DNA of 64,000 nt from Myxococcota bacterium (GTDB lineage Bacteria > Myxococcota_A > UBA796 > CAJQPC01): assembly GCA_036229005.1 (NCBI GenBank), contig JAZAMN010000049.1, positions 1 through 64,000 on the forward strand. The letters are read 5' to 3'. The translations under genes and the position numbers were made by a program. The notes under the pieces are model-generated. The model had not been told where the DNA came from, searched no databases, and saw nothing but the letters and a program-made list of their open reading frames with translations. This document shows positions 38,829 to 48,260 of this stretch, piece by piece (within the stretch, counting starts at the first letter, position 1; every line of letters starts with the position of its first letter).

Positions 38829-39632
38829 TCAGTCGAGCTCGCTGAGCCAGCGCATCCAGTCGGCGGTCACGCCCTCGGGGACCTCGCCGGCGGACAGCCT
38901 GCGGTGCAGTTCGGTGCGCAGCAGGATCTTCTCACGGTGGGGATCCGGTGGGAGGGAGCCCCCAGCCCGATATCCCCCCAGGAAGGCCTCGCGGGTGCCA
39001 GGGAGCTGGCGGAAGACGCTCAGGTGCAGCTCCACGAAGTCCAACTCGCGGGGGCCCCAGCAGCAGTTGACCCAGTCCACCACGCCGCCGATGGTCCAGC
39101 CCTTGCGCGGGTCCCGCACGACCTGGACGTTGCCCAGGTGGTAGTCGCCGTGTACCAATCGGGGGGTGGCGCCGAGAAGCTCCGGGCGCTCGGGGATGGC
39201 GCCCTGGTAGTCGGCCGGCTTCCGGCAGCGGTGGATGGCCGAGAGCTGGCGGCCCATCTCGAAGCAGAGGTCCGGGAGGCCGTCGAGGGAGAGCCGCCCC
39301 TGCTTGTACAGGAACCAGGCGGACTGGCCGGGGACGTGGGCCATGATCGCCCCGCCATCCAGCAGCAGGTAGGGCTCAGGGAGCTTGACCCCGCGCAGGC
39401 GGGAGATGGCCTCGGCCTCGGCGGCGAGGCCTTGCTGGGCGCTGCGGTCCTCCAGGTTCTCCCGGCGGGGGATCTTGAGCAGGCGCTGCTCCGCGCCGGG
39501 CTCGGTGAGCTTGAAGAGAAGGTGCTGCGCCCCGCCCGCCTGTGGCTGGAGACCCTCCACCTGGATGCCGGCCTGGCCGAGCAGCGCCTCTGCCCGCTCC
39601 CGCGCCTGCAAGGCGTCGATGCTCTCGCTCAC
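38829..39632 (-). CDS. Aminoglycoside phosphotransferase-family kinase
   Basis: LLKIP, HGDYHLGN, VVDW; GTG start inferred. Confidence 0.82.
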   Translation of the reverse strand: MSESIDALQARERAEALLGQAGIQVEGLQPQAGGAQHLLFKLTEPGAEQRLLKIPRRENLEDRSAQQGLAAEAEAISRLRGVKLPEPYLLLDGGAIMAHVPGQSAWFLYKQGRLSLDGLPDLCFEMGRQLSAIHRCRKPADYQGAIPERPELLGATPRLVHGDYHLGNVQVVRDPRKGWTIGGVVDWVNCCWGPRELDFVELHLSVFRQLPGTREAFLGGYRAGGSLPPDPHREKILLRTELHRRLSAGEVPEGVTADWMRWLSELD

Positions 39633-39744
39633 AAACTCTCCGCTGGGGTCTGGTCCCGCGCCCCGGTGTCCTCGCTCGGGCCACGGCGCGCAGCGATTGT
39701 AGCGGGGGGCTTGTCGCTGGCGCGGGTGAGCGCAGATTTGGGGC

Positions 39745-40497
39745 ATGGAAAACAACCGCTCCTCCCTGCTCCGTCCCTTCGGAATCCCCATCCGCCTCCA
39801 CAGCTCCTTTCTGCTGCTGGGCGGCGGCTACATCCTCTGGCAGGCCCTCTCGGGGGGCGCCTCGGCGGCGGCATCAGCGCTGCTGCTGGGCGGCATGCTC
39901 TTTGGATCGGTCGCCCTGCACGAGCTGGGGCACGCGCTCACGGCGCGGGCTTTCGGGCTGCGGACGCGGGACATCACGCTCTACCCCTTCGGCGGCGTCG
40001 CGGCGCTGGAGGGCGAGCCCAAGCCGGGGCGCCAGGAGGCGCTGATCGCCCTCGCGGGCCCAGCGGTCAACCTGGTCCTGGCGGCGATCGCCCTGCCCTT
40101 CGCCCTGAGCGGGAGCGCGCTGGCCCTGAGCTTCGTGGGGCTGAACGCCATCATGGGCGTTTTCAACCTGCTGCCCGCCTTTCCCATGGACGGCGGCCGC
40201 GTGCTGCGGAGCTGGATGGCGCGCCGCTCGGGCGACCCGCTGCAGGCCACTGAGCGCGCCCTGGGCATCAGCCGCTGGCTGTCCTGGGGGATGCTCGCCA
40301 TCGGCGTGTTCCAGGGGGGCAGCCTCGTGCTCGTGGGCCTGGCCCTGCTGTGGATGAACCGCCAGGAGCGCCGCCGGCTGGAGATGCAGCGGCTGGAGAT
40401 GCAGCGCCGCGCCCAGGTCCGCGCGCGCCGAGAGACCAAGGTGGTCGCCCACGACCACTGGCAGGGGCCGCCGATGTGGAGCCACCCCGCGGTCTGA
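39745..40497 (+). CDS. Site-2 protease (peptidase M50)
   Basis: HELGH, AGPAVN, FNLLPAFPMDGGR. Confidence 0.94.
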   Translation: MENNRSSLLRPFGIPIRLHSSFLLLGGGYILWQALSGGASAAASALLLGGMLFGSVALHELGHALTARAFGLRTRDITLYPFGGVAALEGEPKPGRQEALIALAGPAVNLVLAAIALPFALSGSALALSFVGLNAIMGVFNLLPAFPMDGGRVLRSWMARRSGDPLQATERALGISRWLSWGMLAIGVFQGGSLVLVGLALLWMNRQERRRLEMQRLEMQRRAQVRARRETKVVAHDHWQGPPMWSHPAV

Positions 40498-40516
40498 GCG
40501 GCCTCCCAGAGACAAA

Positions 40517-40554
40517 GCGCCCCGCCCGTGCTCCAGGAGAGCGGGGCGGGGCGC
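40517..40554. terminator. Probable bidirectional terminator between convergent genes
   Basis: gcgccccgccc...gggcggggcgc 11-bp stem. Confidence 0.6.
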
Positions 40555-40574
40555 CTGCTTTGGGGACCCAAGGC

Positions 40575-42401
40575 TCAGTCGTCGAGGCCCTTGAGCTCCA
40601 GGTGCACGGTGACGTCCTCGTCCAGGACCAGGAGCTTCTCGAACATCAGCGCCTGGCCGTCCACCGGCATGGAGATCTCCACCGGGCTGACGCCGGCCTG
40701 GGTGGCGCCGGTCTGGGCCTGGTAGCTCATCTCCATGGCCGCCTGGCCCGCGGAGCCCAGGTACTCACCCTCGGGCGTGACCGGGGTGTTGAACCACTCC
40801 ACCTGACGCAGGCTGCTCTCGGTGGCGCGCTTGCGGACCTTGGCCTCCCAGGGGACGTAGACGCTCCAGCGGTAGTAGGTCACGGGCACGTCGGTCTTGG
40901 GCAGCTCCAGATCCACCATGGCCTGGCCCTTCTCGTCGGGGGCCTGTCCGCCCTCGACGTAGACCAGCTCGACCGTGAACGCCGCCAGCGAGCCGCCGCT
41001 GGCCTGGCTGCGGACCAGGGGCACCAGCACCATGCCGCTCTCATCCACCGCGGGCTTCACGGCCTTGCCGGCGACCTTGGCGCTCCAGATCTCGGAGCCC
41101 TCGGGCATCTCCAGGCGCAGGAACTGGCGGCGGTTGTTGCGCACGTGCCAGGTCACCCGGTTCATGACGCGGCCGTCCGCGGTGACCATGGTCACGGCCT
41201 CGGCGGTGTCGGCGATGGTCACCAGGACGTCGACGTCCTCGTGCTGGGAGACCGAGAGGGGCACCTTGTAGTCGGCGTCGCGGTACTTGTAGCCCAGGAG
41301 CACGGGCTGGTCGGTGCGGCCCAGGATGGAGGCCGGCAGCTCACGCACGTCGATGCGGCGGGCGCCGCTGACCTCGCCCGAGGTGACCTCGATGGTGGAC
41401 AGAGCCGCCACCCCGACGAAGCCCTTCACGCGCTCCACGTCTTGAACCATCAGGGTGGGGACATCCAGATCCTCTCCCCCCTCGGCCAGCGCGCGCTCGT
41501 AGTCGAGCATCAGGCGGTAGCTGCCCAGCGCCTCGAAGTTCAGGTCCACCGTGACGAGCTGCTGCTCACCCTGGGCGGCGACCTTCCACTCGCGGATGCC
41601 GGAGCCGGACACATCCAGCAGGGTCACGTCGCCGGGGATCATCACGGCGAGCTGCTCAACGCCCTGGTGGACGATGGTGTAGTTGACGTCGCTGTGGCCC
41701 ATGACCACGCCCTCGGACACGCCGACCAGGGAATGGACCTCGGCGTAGACGCGGCCCTCCTGGGTCTCGCCCTCTACCTCCTCGATCTCCCGCTGCCAGG
41801 ACACGGAGAGGTTGCCGGTGGCCGGGAGGATGGCCTCCATGTGGCGGAAGTCCCCCTGCCGCTCATCGCGCACGAGCTGGGCGCCGCCGACGGTGAAGGA
41901 CAGGTCCTCTCCCCCGGGGACATCCAACTCCACGGTGGTGCCGCCGCTGGGCGCCATCTGGAAGCTCATGGACGAAGAGCCGTCCGTCTCGAACACCGAG
42001 GTCGCCAGCTCCAGGTTCACCGTGAAGGTGTCGTGGCGGTCGGTCACCAGGGTGTACCAGCCCCCCTGGATGAACACGGGGGCGTTCTCCCGCCCGATGG
42101 TCGCGGACTTGAGGCCCACGGAGGCCGGAGCGATGGGGATGGTGACCCAGCCCTCGGCCTTGTGGACCTGCACCTGGAGGTCCACGTCCCAGAGGGCGGC
42201 GCTGCCGTCGTCGGTGACCTCGCCGCTGTAGGTGGCGGCGTTGATGGACCAGTGGCGCGGCGCGACCTCAGGGACCTTCTCCGGGGCCTTGCCCTGCTCG
42301 TAGAGGGTCTTGAACTCGCTCCAAGGCATCACGACCTTGGCGTCCGGCAGGTCACCGGGTGCCGCCAGGCTGAGGGTGGAGAGCAGCAACATGGGGCTCA
42401 T
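40575..42401 (-). CDS. Hypothetical secreted beta-rich protein
   Basis: Signal peptide; strong host codon bias; ATGA overlap with upstream paralog. Confidence 0.8.
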   Translation of the reverse strand: MSPMLLLSTLSLAAPGDLPDAKVVMPWSEFKTLYEQGKAPEKVPEVAPRHWSINAATYSGEVTDDGSAALWDVDLQVQVHKAEGWVTIPIAPASVGLKSATIGRENAPVFIQGGWYTLVTDRHDTFTVNLELATSVFETDGSSSMSFQMAPSGGTTVELDVPGGEDLSFTVGGAQLVRDERQGDFRHMEAILPATGNLSVSWQREIEEVEGETQEGRVYAEVHSLVGVSEGVVMGHSDVNYTIVHQGVEQLAVMIPGDVTLLDVSGSGIREWKVAAQGEQQLVTVDLNFEALGSYRLMLDYERALAEGGEDLDVPTLMVQDVERVKGFVGVAALSTIEVTSGEVSGARRIDVRELPASILGRTDQPVLLGYKYRDADYKVPLSVSQHEDVDVLVTIADTAEAVTMVTADGRVMNRVTWHVRNNRRQFLRLEMPEGSEIWSAKVAGKAVKPAVDESGMVLVPLVRSQASGGSLAAFTVELVYVEGGQAPDEKGQAMVDLELPKTDVPVTYYRWSVYVPWEAKVRKRATESSLRQVEWFNTPVTPEGEYLGSAGQAAMEMSYQAQTGATQAGVSPVEISMPVDGQALMFEKLLVLDEDVTVHLELKGLDD

Positions 42402-44923
42402 TTCGTCTCCCGATAACGAAGGGTCAAGGTGGGGGATTGTCCTGGTTCGAGCAGGCGCTGGGTCACCACCAGGGGCTGGCCATGCTCCGGAACCGGGATG
42501 GCAAGGGTGGTGGCGGCGAGGTCAGGCTGGTTGCGCAGGCTGGGGACCGCGGGCGCGGCGTTCCCTGCCGGAGGGGGCGGCGCAGGCGGGGGTGGCGCGC
42601 TGCTTCGATCCGCCCGGGGGCGCGCGGGCTGGGCAGGAGCAGCAGCTCCGTAGGCCCCGCCCCCGAGGGCGTTGGTGGTGGTGACGCTGACGGAGCCGAC
42701 GACCACGGACTCCAGCTCCACTGGCTCTGCGGCAGGCACGTCGAGGCGCTCCTCGGAGTAGACGACGCTGGGCTCCTCGGGCACCTCGAAGTCGTCTTCG
42801 TCGACGATGAACACGTCCTCGGGGCTGAGCAGCTCGCCTTCGATCTGACCTTCGTCCCAGGCGTATGTGGCGTCTGCTGAGTCGACCACTCCGGCCACTC
42901 GGTCAAGCATCAGGCTCTCGGTCTGGGCCTGCTCCGCGGGCGCCTCCTTGTAGTCGAGCACCGCGTCTCGCGACTTTGCGCGCTTGCGGGCCTCGGCCAG
43001 GCCGCTGCTGGAGCTCCCCCGGTAGTAGTCCTGCTTCTTGGACTCGGCGTGCTCGTAGCGGGCCAGCTCGTCGGACATGCGCTGGACCTGTTCGTAGGTC
43101 TCGATGGCCTCCTCGTAGCGGCCCTCGTTCATCAGGCGCTCGGCCTCCTTGAGGCTCTCCTCCTGCTCGACCTCTTCGTCGGCGACCTTGGCCTTGGCCA
43201 TCTCCTTGACCCGGCGGCTCATGGCCTCATCGGCCTCCGAGCCGGTGGCATCCCGGCCCCCCACATCCCCGCTGAGCACGTCCAGGTTGGTCTGCAGGCG
43301 CTGAGCGTTGGCGTTGTCCGCGTCCAGGCTCAGGGTCTGGTCCACGTAGCTCTGGGCCTTGTCGAAGTCGTTGTCCTGGTAGGCCTCCAGGGCCAGGTTC
43401 CAGGTCTCCCGGGCGGCGAGCTCCTGGCTGCTGGTGGTCGTGGCGTAGACCAGCTCCGTGCTGGACTCCGCGGCCACCCGCGCGCTGCCGCCCTCGATCT
43501 TGCCGCGGTAGCCAGGGGGCAGCCGGGCCACCCACTCCAGGCGCGCGACCGGCGCGTCGTACGCGGGCAAGGTGAGCTCTCGCTCGCCCTTGTGGCCCCA
43601 CTCGGCCTCCTTGGCCAGGAAGGTGAGCTCCACCTGGATGGCGGTCAGCCCGGCCAGGGTCTCCACGGAGCGCTCCAGCGGGACCCCCATTCGGCCATCC
43701 TCCCAGCGAACGGGCGCCACGCCGTCTCCGTTGACCCGCGCCGCCCAGAGCTCGAAGCCGGGGGGCAGGCTCACCCCCAGGAACTGCCGGGACGCGTTCC
43801 GCACGTCCAGGCTGCAGCGCATCAGGGTGCGGCCCTCCACCGACTGGGCGGCCGTGCAGCGGGCGAGATCGACCACCAGCTCCGGACCGTCCAGCGAAGA
43901 GAGCCTGAGGGCCTGGAGCTGCAGGCTTCCGGCGCCCGTCCAGGCCGCAGCAGGGGCGGCGTCCCCCAGGGAGCGGGCCTTTGGGGGGAGCTGTTCGAGG
44001 GCGACGGTCCGCATCCCCTGGGCGCTGGGCTGGAGCAGGGTCTCCGAGTCCCCGGCGAGGGTCAGGCTGTAGGTGGTGCCGCCCGACTCCGTGGGCTCCG
44101 GGTGCTGCACGGTGGCCTGCTTGCCGCTGAAGGTCTGGCGCCACTCCACCTGCACTTCGAAGGCGCCCTCCACCTCGGCCAGGGGCTCGATGGTGAGGGT
44201 CTGGCCGCTCTGCTCCCAGCGGGCGACGGCGGAGCCACTCAGCATGACCTCGCTGGCACCAGGGGGCAGCCTCAAGTGGAGGGTGGACAGGCTGCCCTGA
44301 CGGAGCTCCCACCGAACCCGGCTGCGCTGCCGGATCGCTCCCTCCTCCAACCACGCGGCCGACTGGACCTCGGCCCGGACGACGCGGCGATGCTCGACCA
44401 CCTGCTCCCGAGCGGGCTCCCAGCGCAGGGTGACCTTGGAGCGGGGGGCGATGGTCCCCTGGGGCTGGCCATCCACCCAGGCGTCCAACTGCTCGCCCCG
44501 GACGTGGACCTGCTGGCGCGGCGCCTGGGCGACGTAGAGCTGGGAGAGCCCCCCGGCGCTGCCCTGCCCCGGGAGCGTGCCCTGGACGCGGATCTCCTGG
44601 TCGGCCTGCAGGAAGCCGGTGAACCACCAGTTCCCGTCCGGGCCCTGGTGCAGCGGCAGGTTGTGCTCCCGGAGGAACACGCGGCCGTCCAGTACGGGAA
44701 GGCTGACCCAGGCCGGGCGCAGAGGGTGGATCAACACGCGGATCTCCACACCCACCTGCTCAGCACCCGGCGTGATCTCCAGCGCCGACTCCGTGGCGAG
44801 CCAGGCCACGGGCGCCTGCTCCTGGACCACGGGCTCCGGCTGATCCCAGATCTGGTCGATGGGCGCGACGACGTGGGCCGACTGGGCGAGGGCGCTCAAG
44901 CTGTACAGGATGGAGAGCTTCAT
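42398..44923 (-). CDS. Hypothetical secreted protein, paralog of neighbour with TPR insertion
   Basis: Shared VRNxxRQFL...VPLxRS...VEL motif; TPR-like helices. Confidence 0.8.
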   Translation of the reverse strand: MKLSILYSLSALAQSAHVVAPIDQIWDQPEPVVQEQAPVAWLATESALEITPGAEQVGVEIRVLIHPLRPAWVSLPVLDGRVFLREHNLPLHQGPDGNWWFTGFLQADQEIRVQGTLPGQGSAGGLSQLYVAQAPRQQVHVRGEQLDAWVDGQPQGTIAPRSKVTLRWEPAREQVVEHRRVVRAEVQSAAWLEEGAIRQRSRVRWELRQGSLSTLHLRLPPGASEVMLSGSAVARWEQSGQTLTIEPLAEVEGAFEVQVEWRQTFSGKQATVQHPEPTESGGTTYSLTLAGDSETLLQPSAQGMRTVALEQLPPKARSLGDAAPAAAWTGAGSLQLQALRLSSLDGPELVVDLARCTAAQSVEGRTLMRCSLDVRNASRQFLGVSLPPGFELWAARVNGDGVAPVRWEDGRMGVPLERSVETLAGLTAIQVELTFLAKEAEWGHKGERELTLPAYDAPVARLEWVARLPPGYRGKIEGGSARVAAESSTELVYATTTSSQELAARETWNLALEAYQDNDFDKAQSYVDQTLSLDADNANAQRLQTNLDVLSGDVGGRDATGSEADEAMSRRVKEMAKAKVADEEVEQEESLKEAERLMNEGRYEEAIETYEQVQRMSDELARYEHAESKKQDYYRGSSSSGLAEARKRAKSRDAVLDYKEAPAEQAQTESLMLDRVAGVVDSADATYAWDEGQIEGELLSPEDVFIVDEDDFEVPEEPSVVYSEERLDVPAAEPVELESVVVGSVSVTTTNALGGGAYGAAAPAQPARPRADRSSAPPPPAPPPPAGNAAPAVPSLRNQPDLAATTLAIPVPEHGQPLVVTQRLLEPGQSPTLTLRYRETK

Positions 44924-45054
44924 GGGTTCGCTCCGACAACGCGTGACGCTTGGGGGTCCTTACACCGCTTCTTGAAACCCCCCGGTGAAAGGCAGGCCGG
45001 GTGCTCCGTCACTGTGTTACCCGCTGGGCTTTGAGATCGCTTCCGGGAGCAGGA

Positions 45055-46383
45055 ATGTCCAAGGCCAACATCACCCCCCCCTACCCCACTGGAGAGGCCG
45101 CTGCGGTCGCACGCAAGGCGGCTCTGAGCCCCCTCGCCGCAGGCATGGGCGGTTCCCGGATCCTGGCGATCGCGGCGGAGGTCCGGACGATGCTGGCCCA
45201 GGGCCACACCGTCTGCAACCTGACCGTCGGTGACTTCTCCCCAGAGCACTTCAAGGCGCCCGAGGTCTTCCGGCAGAACCTGGTCGAAGAGGTCCAGGCC
45301 GGACACACCAACTACCCGCCCAGCGACGGCACCCCCGAGCTCAAGCAGGCCATCGTCGACATGTACAAGCGGCGGCTGGGCATCGAGTTCCCCATCGAGT
45401 CGGTGTTCATCGGCTCCGGCGCCCGCCCGCCCCTGTTCTCGGCCTACGCCAGCTTCCTGGATCCCGGCGACGTGCTGCTCTACGCCGCGCCGAGCTGGAA
45501 CAACCACTACTACACCTACCTGAACCAGGCCGAGGCCGTGGTGATCCAGACCCGCTCCGAGGATGGCTTCATGCCCACTCTGGAGCAGATCCGCCCCCAC
45601 CTGTCCACCGCCCGTCTGCTGCACTTGAACTCTCCGCTGAACCCCACCGGGACCTGCATCGGCCAGCAGCAGATCCGCGAGATCGCCCAGGCCATCGTGG
45701 ATGAGAACCGCCGCCGGGAGGCCGCGGGTGAGAAGTCGCTGCTGATGATCTACGACATGGTGTACTGGATGCTCACCTACGGGGACACCGAGCACCACGA
45801 CCCCATCCGCGAGGTCCCCGAGGTCGCCCCCTACGTGGTCTACGTGGACGCCATCTCCAAGAACCTGGCCGCCACCGGCCTGCGCGTCGGCTGGGGCATG
45901 TGCCCCCCCTACCTGCAGACCGCCTTCAAGGCCCTGGTGGGTCACACCGGCGCCTGGGCTCCCCGCCCCGAGCAGCTCGCCACCGCGTCCTTCTTCAACG
46001 ACGACGACGCGCTGCAGGCCTGGCTGGACAGCTTCCGCGGCGCGCTGCAGGCCCGCCTGGACCTGATCCACAGCCGCTTCGAGGCCATGGCCGCCGATGG
46101 ACTGCCCGTGGAGGCCATCCACCCCCAGGGCGCCATCTACCTGAGCGTCCGCGTCGACCTGCTCGGCCGCACCCTGGCCAACGGCAGCACCATCCACTCC
46201 AGCGAGGACATCCGAAGCTTCCTGCTGCAGGAGGCGGGTGTCGCCGTGGTGCCCTTCGAGGCCTTTGGCCTGGAGGACGCCCAGGGCTGGCTGCGCATGA
46301 GCGTCGGCGCCGTGGGCATGGAGGAGCTGGCCGCTGGCCTGGACCGCCTGGAGCAGGCGATCCGCAAGGCGCTGGGCAAGTAG
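45055..46383 (+). CDS. Class I/II PLP aminotransferase (aspartate aminotransferase-like)
   Basis: NSPLNPTG, IYDMVY, ISKNLAATGLRVGW. Confidence 0.93.
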   Translation: MSKANITPPYPTGEAAAVARKAALSPLAAGMGGSRILAIAAEVRTMLAQGHTVCNLTVGDFSPEHFKAPEVFRQNLVEEVQAGHTNYPPSDGTPELKQAIVDMYKRRLGIEFPIESVFIGSGARPPLFSAYASFLDPGDVLLYAAPSWNNHYYTYLNQAEAVVIQTRSEDGFMPTLEQIRPHLSTARLLHLNSPLNPTGTCIGQQQIREIAQAIVDENRRREAAGEKSLLMIYDMVYWMLTYGDTEHHDPIREVPEVAPYVVYVDAISKNLAATGLRVGWGMCPPYLQTAFKALVGHTGAWAPRPEQLATASFFNDDDALQAWLDSFRGALQARLDLIHSRFEAMAADGLPVEAIHPQGAIYLSVRVDLLGRTLANGSTIHSSEDIRSFLLQEAGVAVVPFEAFGLEDAQGWLRMSVGAVGMEELAAGLDRLEQAIRKALGK

Positions 46384-46402
46384 CCCGAGCAGGCAGCGTG
46401 GT

Positions 46403-46873
46403 TCACGGAGGCGCTCTGGCTGCCTCCAGCGCGTGGCCCTCGGTGAAGAAGGCCACGTGTTGCACCAATCCCGCTTCCATATCGATGAGCAGCAGCCCGT
46501 CTGGCTCGAACACGAACCAGTATTCGAGGAGCTGCCTGCGCGTAGGCGCGTAGCCCACGTCCGGTGCCAGATCCCCGGTCTTGACCTCGGCGATGTAGCG
46601 CAGCCCATCCCGCTCCACGAGCAGGTCCGCGCGCACACCGACCTCGATCACCTCGCCGTCGACCACAAGCTCCCAGGAGCCGCGTAGCTGCCGTTCCAGG
46701 ACGGTGAACCCCTCCTGTTCGAGCAAGTCCTCCGCCTCCTCCTCCCCAGAGAGGGCGCGTCCATTGCGGGCCCGGCTGCGACGCGAGCCCCGAGTGCTGG
46801 CCCGCCACCACATCAGCGCCGCCAACCCAAAGAGGCCGGCGAGCAGCAACAGCAGCAGTTCCTGAATGCTCAT
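46403..46873 (-). CDS. Membrane-anchored PD-(D/E)xK nuclease-like protein
   Basis: N-terminal TM; GE..A..LL, ADLLV, AEVKTG, RQLLEY. Confidence 0.65.
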   Translation of the reverse strand: MSIQELLLLLLAGLFGLAALMWWRASTRGSRRSRARNGRALSGEEEAEDLLEQEGFTVLERQLRGSWELVVDGEVIEVGVRADLLVERDGLRYIAEVKTGDLAPDVGYAPTRRQLLEYWFVFEPDGLLLIDMEAGLVQHVAFFTEGHALEAARAPP

Positions 46874-46950
46874 GCATCCAATGGAACACGGGCAGAGACC
46901 AAAAATTGTCCGGGGGATCCCGCCGCGGCCAAAAAAGATAGGAGCGCCCC

Positions 46951-47631
46951 ATGTCGTTGATCCTCCGCCGCGAGACCGACTGGCTATGGCTGCTCAAGCC
47001 CGCCGGGCTCCCGGTCTTCCCGCTGCACCGTGACCCCGGGTCGGACTGCGTCCTCAAGCGCCTGCTGGCCGAGCTCCCGGAGCAGGGGGAGTGCGCGTGG
47101 CCCGAGGGCTTTGAAGGGGGCCTGGCCCACCGCCTGGACATCCCGACCTCCGGGCTCGTGTTGGCCGCTCGGTCCGGCGAGGCACTGCTGTCCGCACGCG
47201 CTGCGTTCAGCGCCAAGGCCCTGACCAAGACCTACCGCTTCCTCAGCGGCGGGGAGCTGGACCACGACCAACTCAGCGCGGACGGGCGCTGCACACTCCC
47301 CATCGCCCACCACCCCAAGAGCCGCCGAAAGATGGTGGTCCAGCGCCACGCGCGCACCCGCTGCCGGGGCAAGTGGTACCCGGCGGACACGCGCTTCCGA
47401 CACCTGGGCGGGCGGCGCTATGAGGCGGTGATCGTCACCGGGGTCATGCACCAGATCCGCGTCCACGCCGCCCACTGTGGCGTCCCGCTGCTGGGAGACA
47501 CCCTCTACGGAGGACAGGCCCTGCCAGCGGAGTCCGCCGGTTCAGGGCCTGCCTTCTACCTGCACCACGCCCACCTGGCGGGGCTGGGGTCCTGCCCCTT
47601 CACCCCACCGCCGGTGGACTGGCCAGCCTGA
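46951..47631 (+). CDS. RluA-family pseudouridine synthase
   Basis: KPAGL, HRLDIPTSG, TGVMHQIRVH, GDTLYG. Confidence 0.92.
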   Translation: MSLILRRETDWLWLLKPAGLPVFPLHRDPGSDCVLKRLLAELPEQGECAWPEGFEGGLAHRLDIPTSGLVLAARSGEALLSARAAFSAKALTKTYRFLSGGELDHDQLSADGRCTLPIAHHPKSRRKMVVQRHARTRCRGKWYPADTRFRHLGGRRYEAVIVTGVMHQIRVHAAHCGVPLLGDTLYGGQALPAESAGSGPAFYLHHAHLAGLGSCPFTPPPVDWPA

Positions 47632-47646
47632 GCGCTGCGCCGCGGA

Positions 47647-48117
47647 CTACTCGGCGTCGAGCTCCTCGAGGCGGTGGTCGACGGCCGCGAGCACGGTCTT
47701 GCGGTTCTTGTTGGCCAGCTCCCAGCGCTGCACGCAGAGGACGCCGACGCGGTCGAGCTCCTTGACGGCGGCGATGGCGCTTTTGGCGTTGAGCTCCTCG
47801 TAGCCCTCCACCGGGATGGCGGTCACCAGCTCCAGGCGGCTGTGGACCAGGCGCTCGGCGTTGTCGGCGACGCTGCTGATGACGGGCAGCTCCTCGGCCT
47901 TCTCGAGCAGCTCTTCCGCGCGCTCCAGGGTCTTGATCTGACCGCGCCACAGGCGCTCACGGCCCTCGCTCTCCAGGCGCTTGGCGCGGCCCTGCAGCTC
48001 GGCACGGACCTGCTCTCCGCGGGTGCGGAGGCGCTCAGGGGCATCCTTGAGGCGCTCGGGCGCCTGGCGCAGACGCTCGGGGGCACTCCTGACGGCCTCG
48101 GTCACTGCTTCCAACAT
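47647..48117 (-). CDS. Hypothetical helical protein
   Basis: APERL repeats; PVEGYEELNA...WELANKNRKTVL C-terminal motif; GGAGG RBS. Confidence 0.7.
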   Translation of the reverse strand: MLEAVTEAVRSAPERLRQAPERLKDAPERLRTRGEQVRAELQGRAKRLESEGRERLWRGQIKTLERAEELLEKAEELPVISSVADNAERLVHSRLELVTAIPVEGYEELNAKSAIAAVKELDRVGVLCVQRWELANKNRKTVLAAVDHRLEELDAE

Positions 48118-48260
48118 GCTTCCTCCACGGAAATGAACGACCATTCAGTCGGGGTTCGCCCTGTAGGTACTCACGGATCCCCCCAAGGTCAAGCGCCATT
48201 TGACGGGCACTATCTGCGAGCGGCTTGCACTCCAGCCCTGGCTGTGGCATCGCGAGAGGC

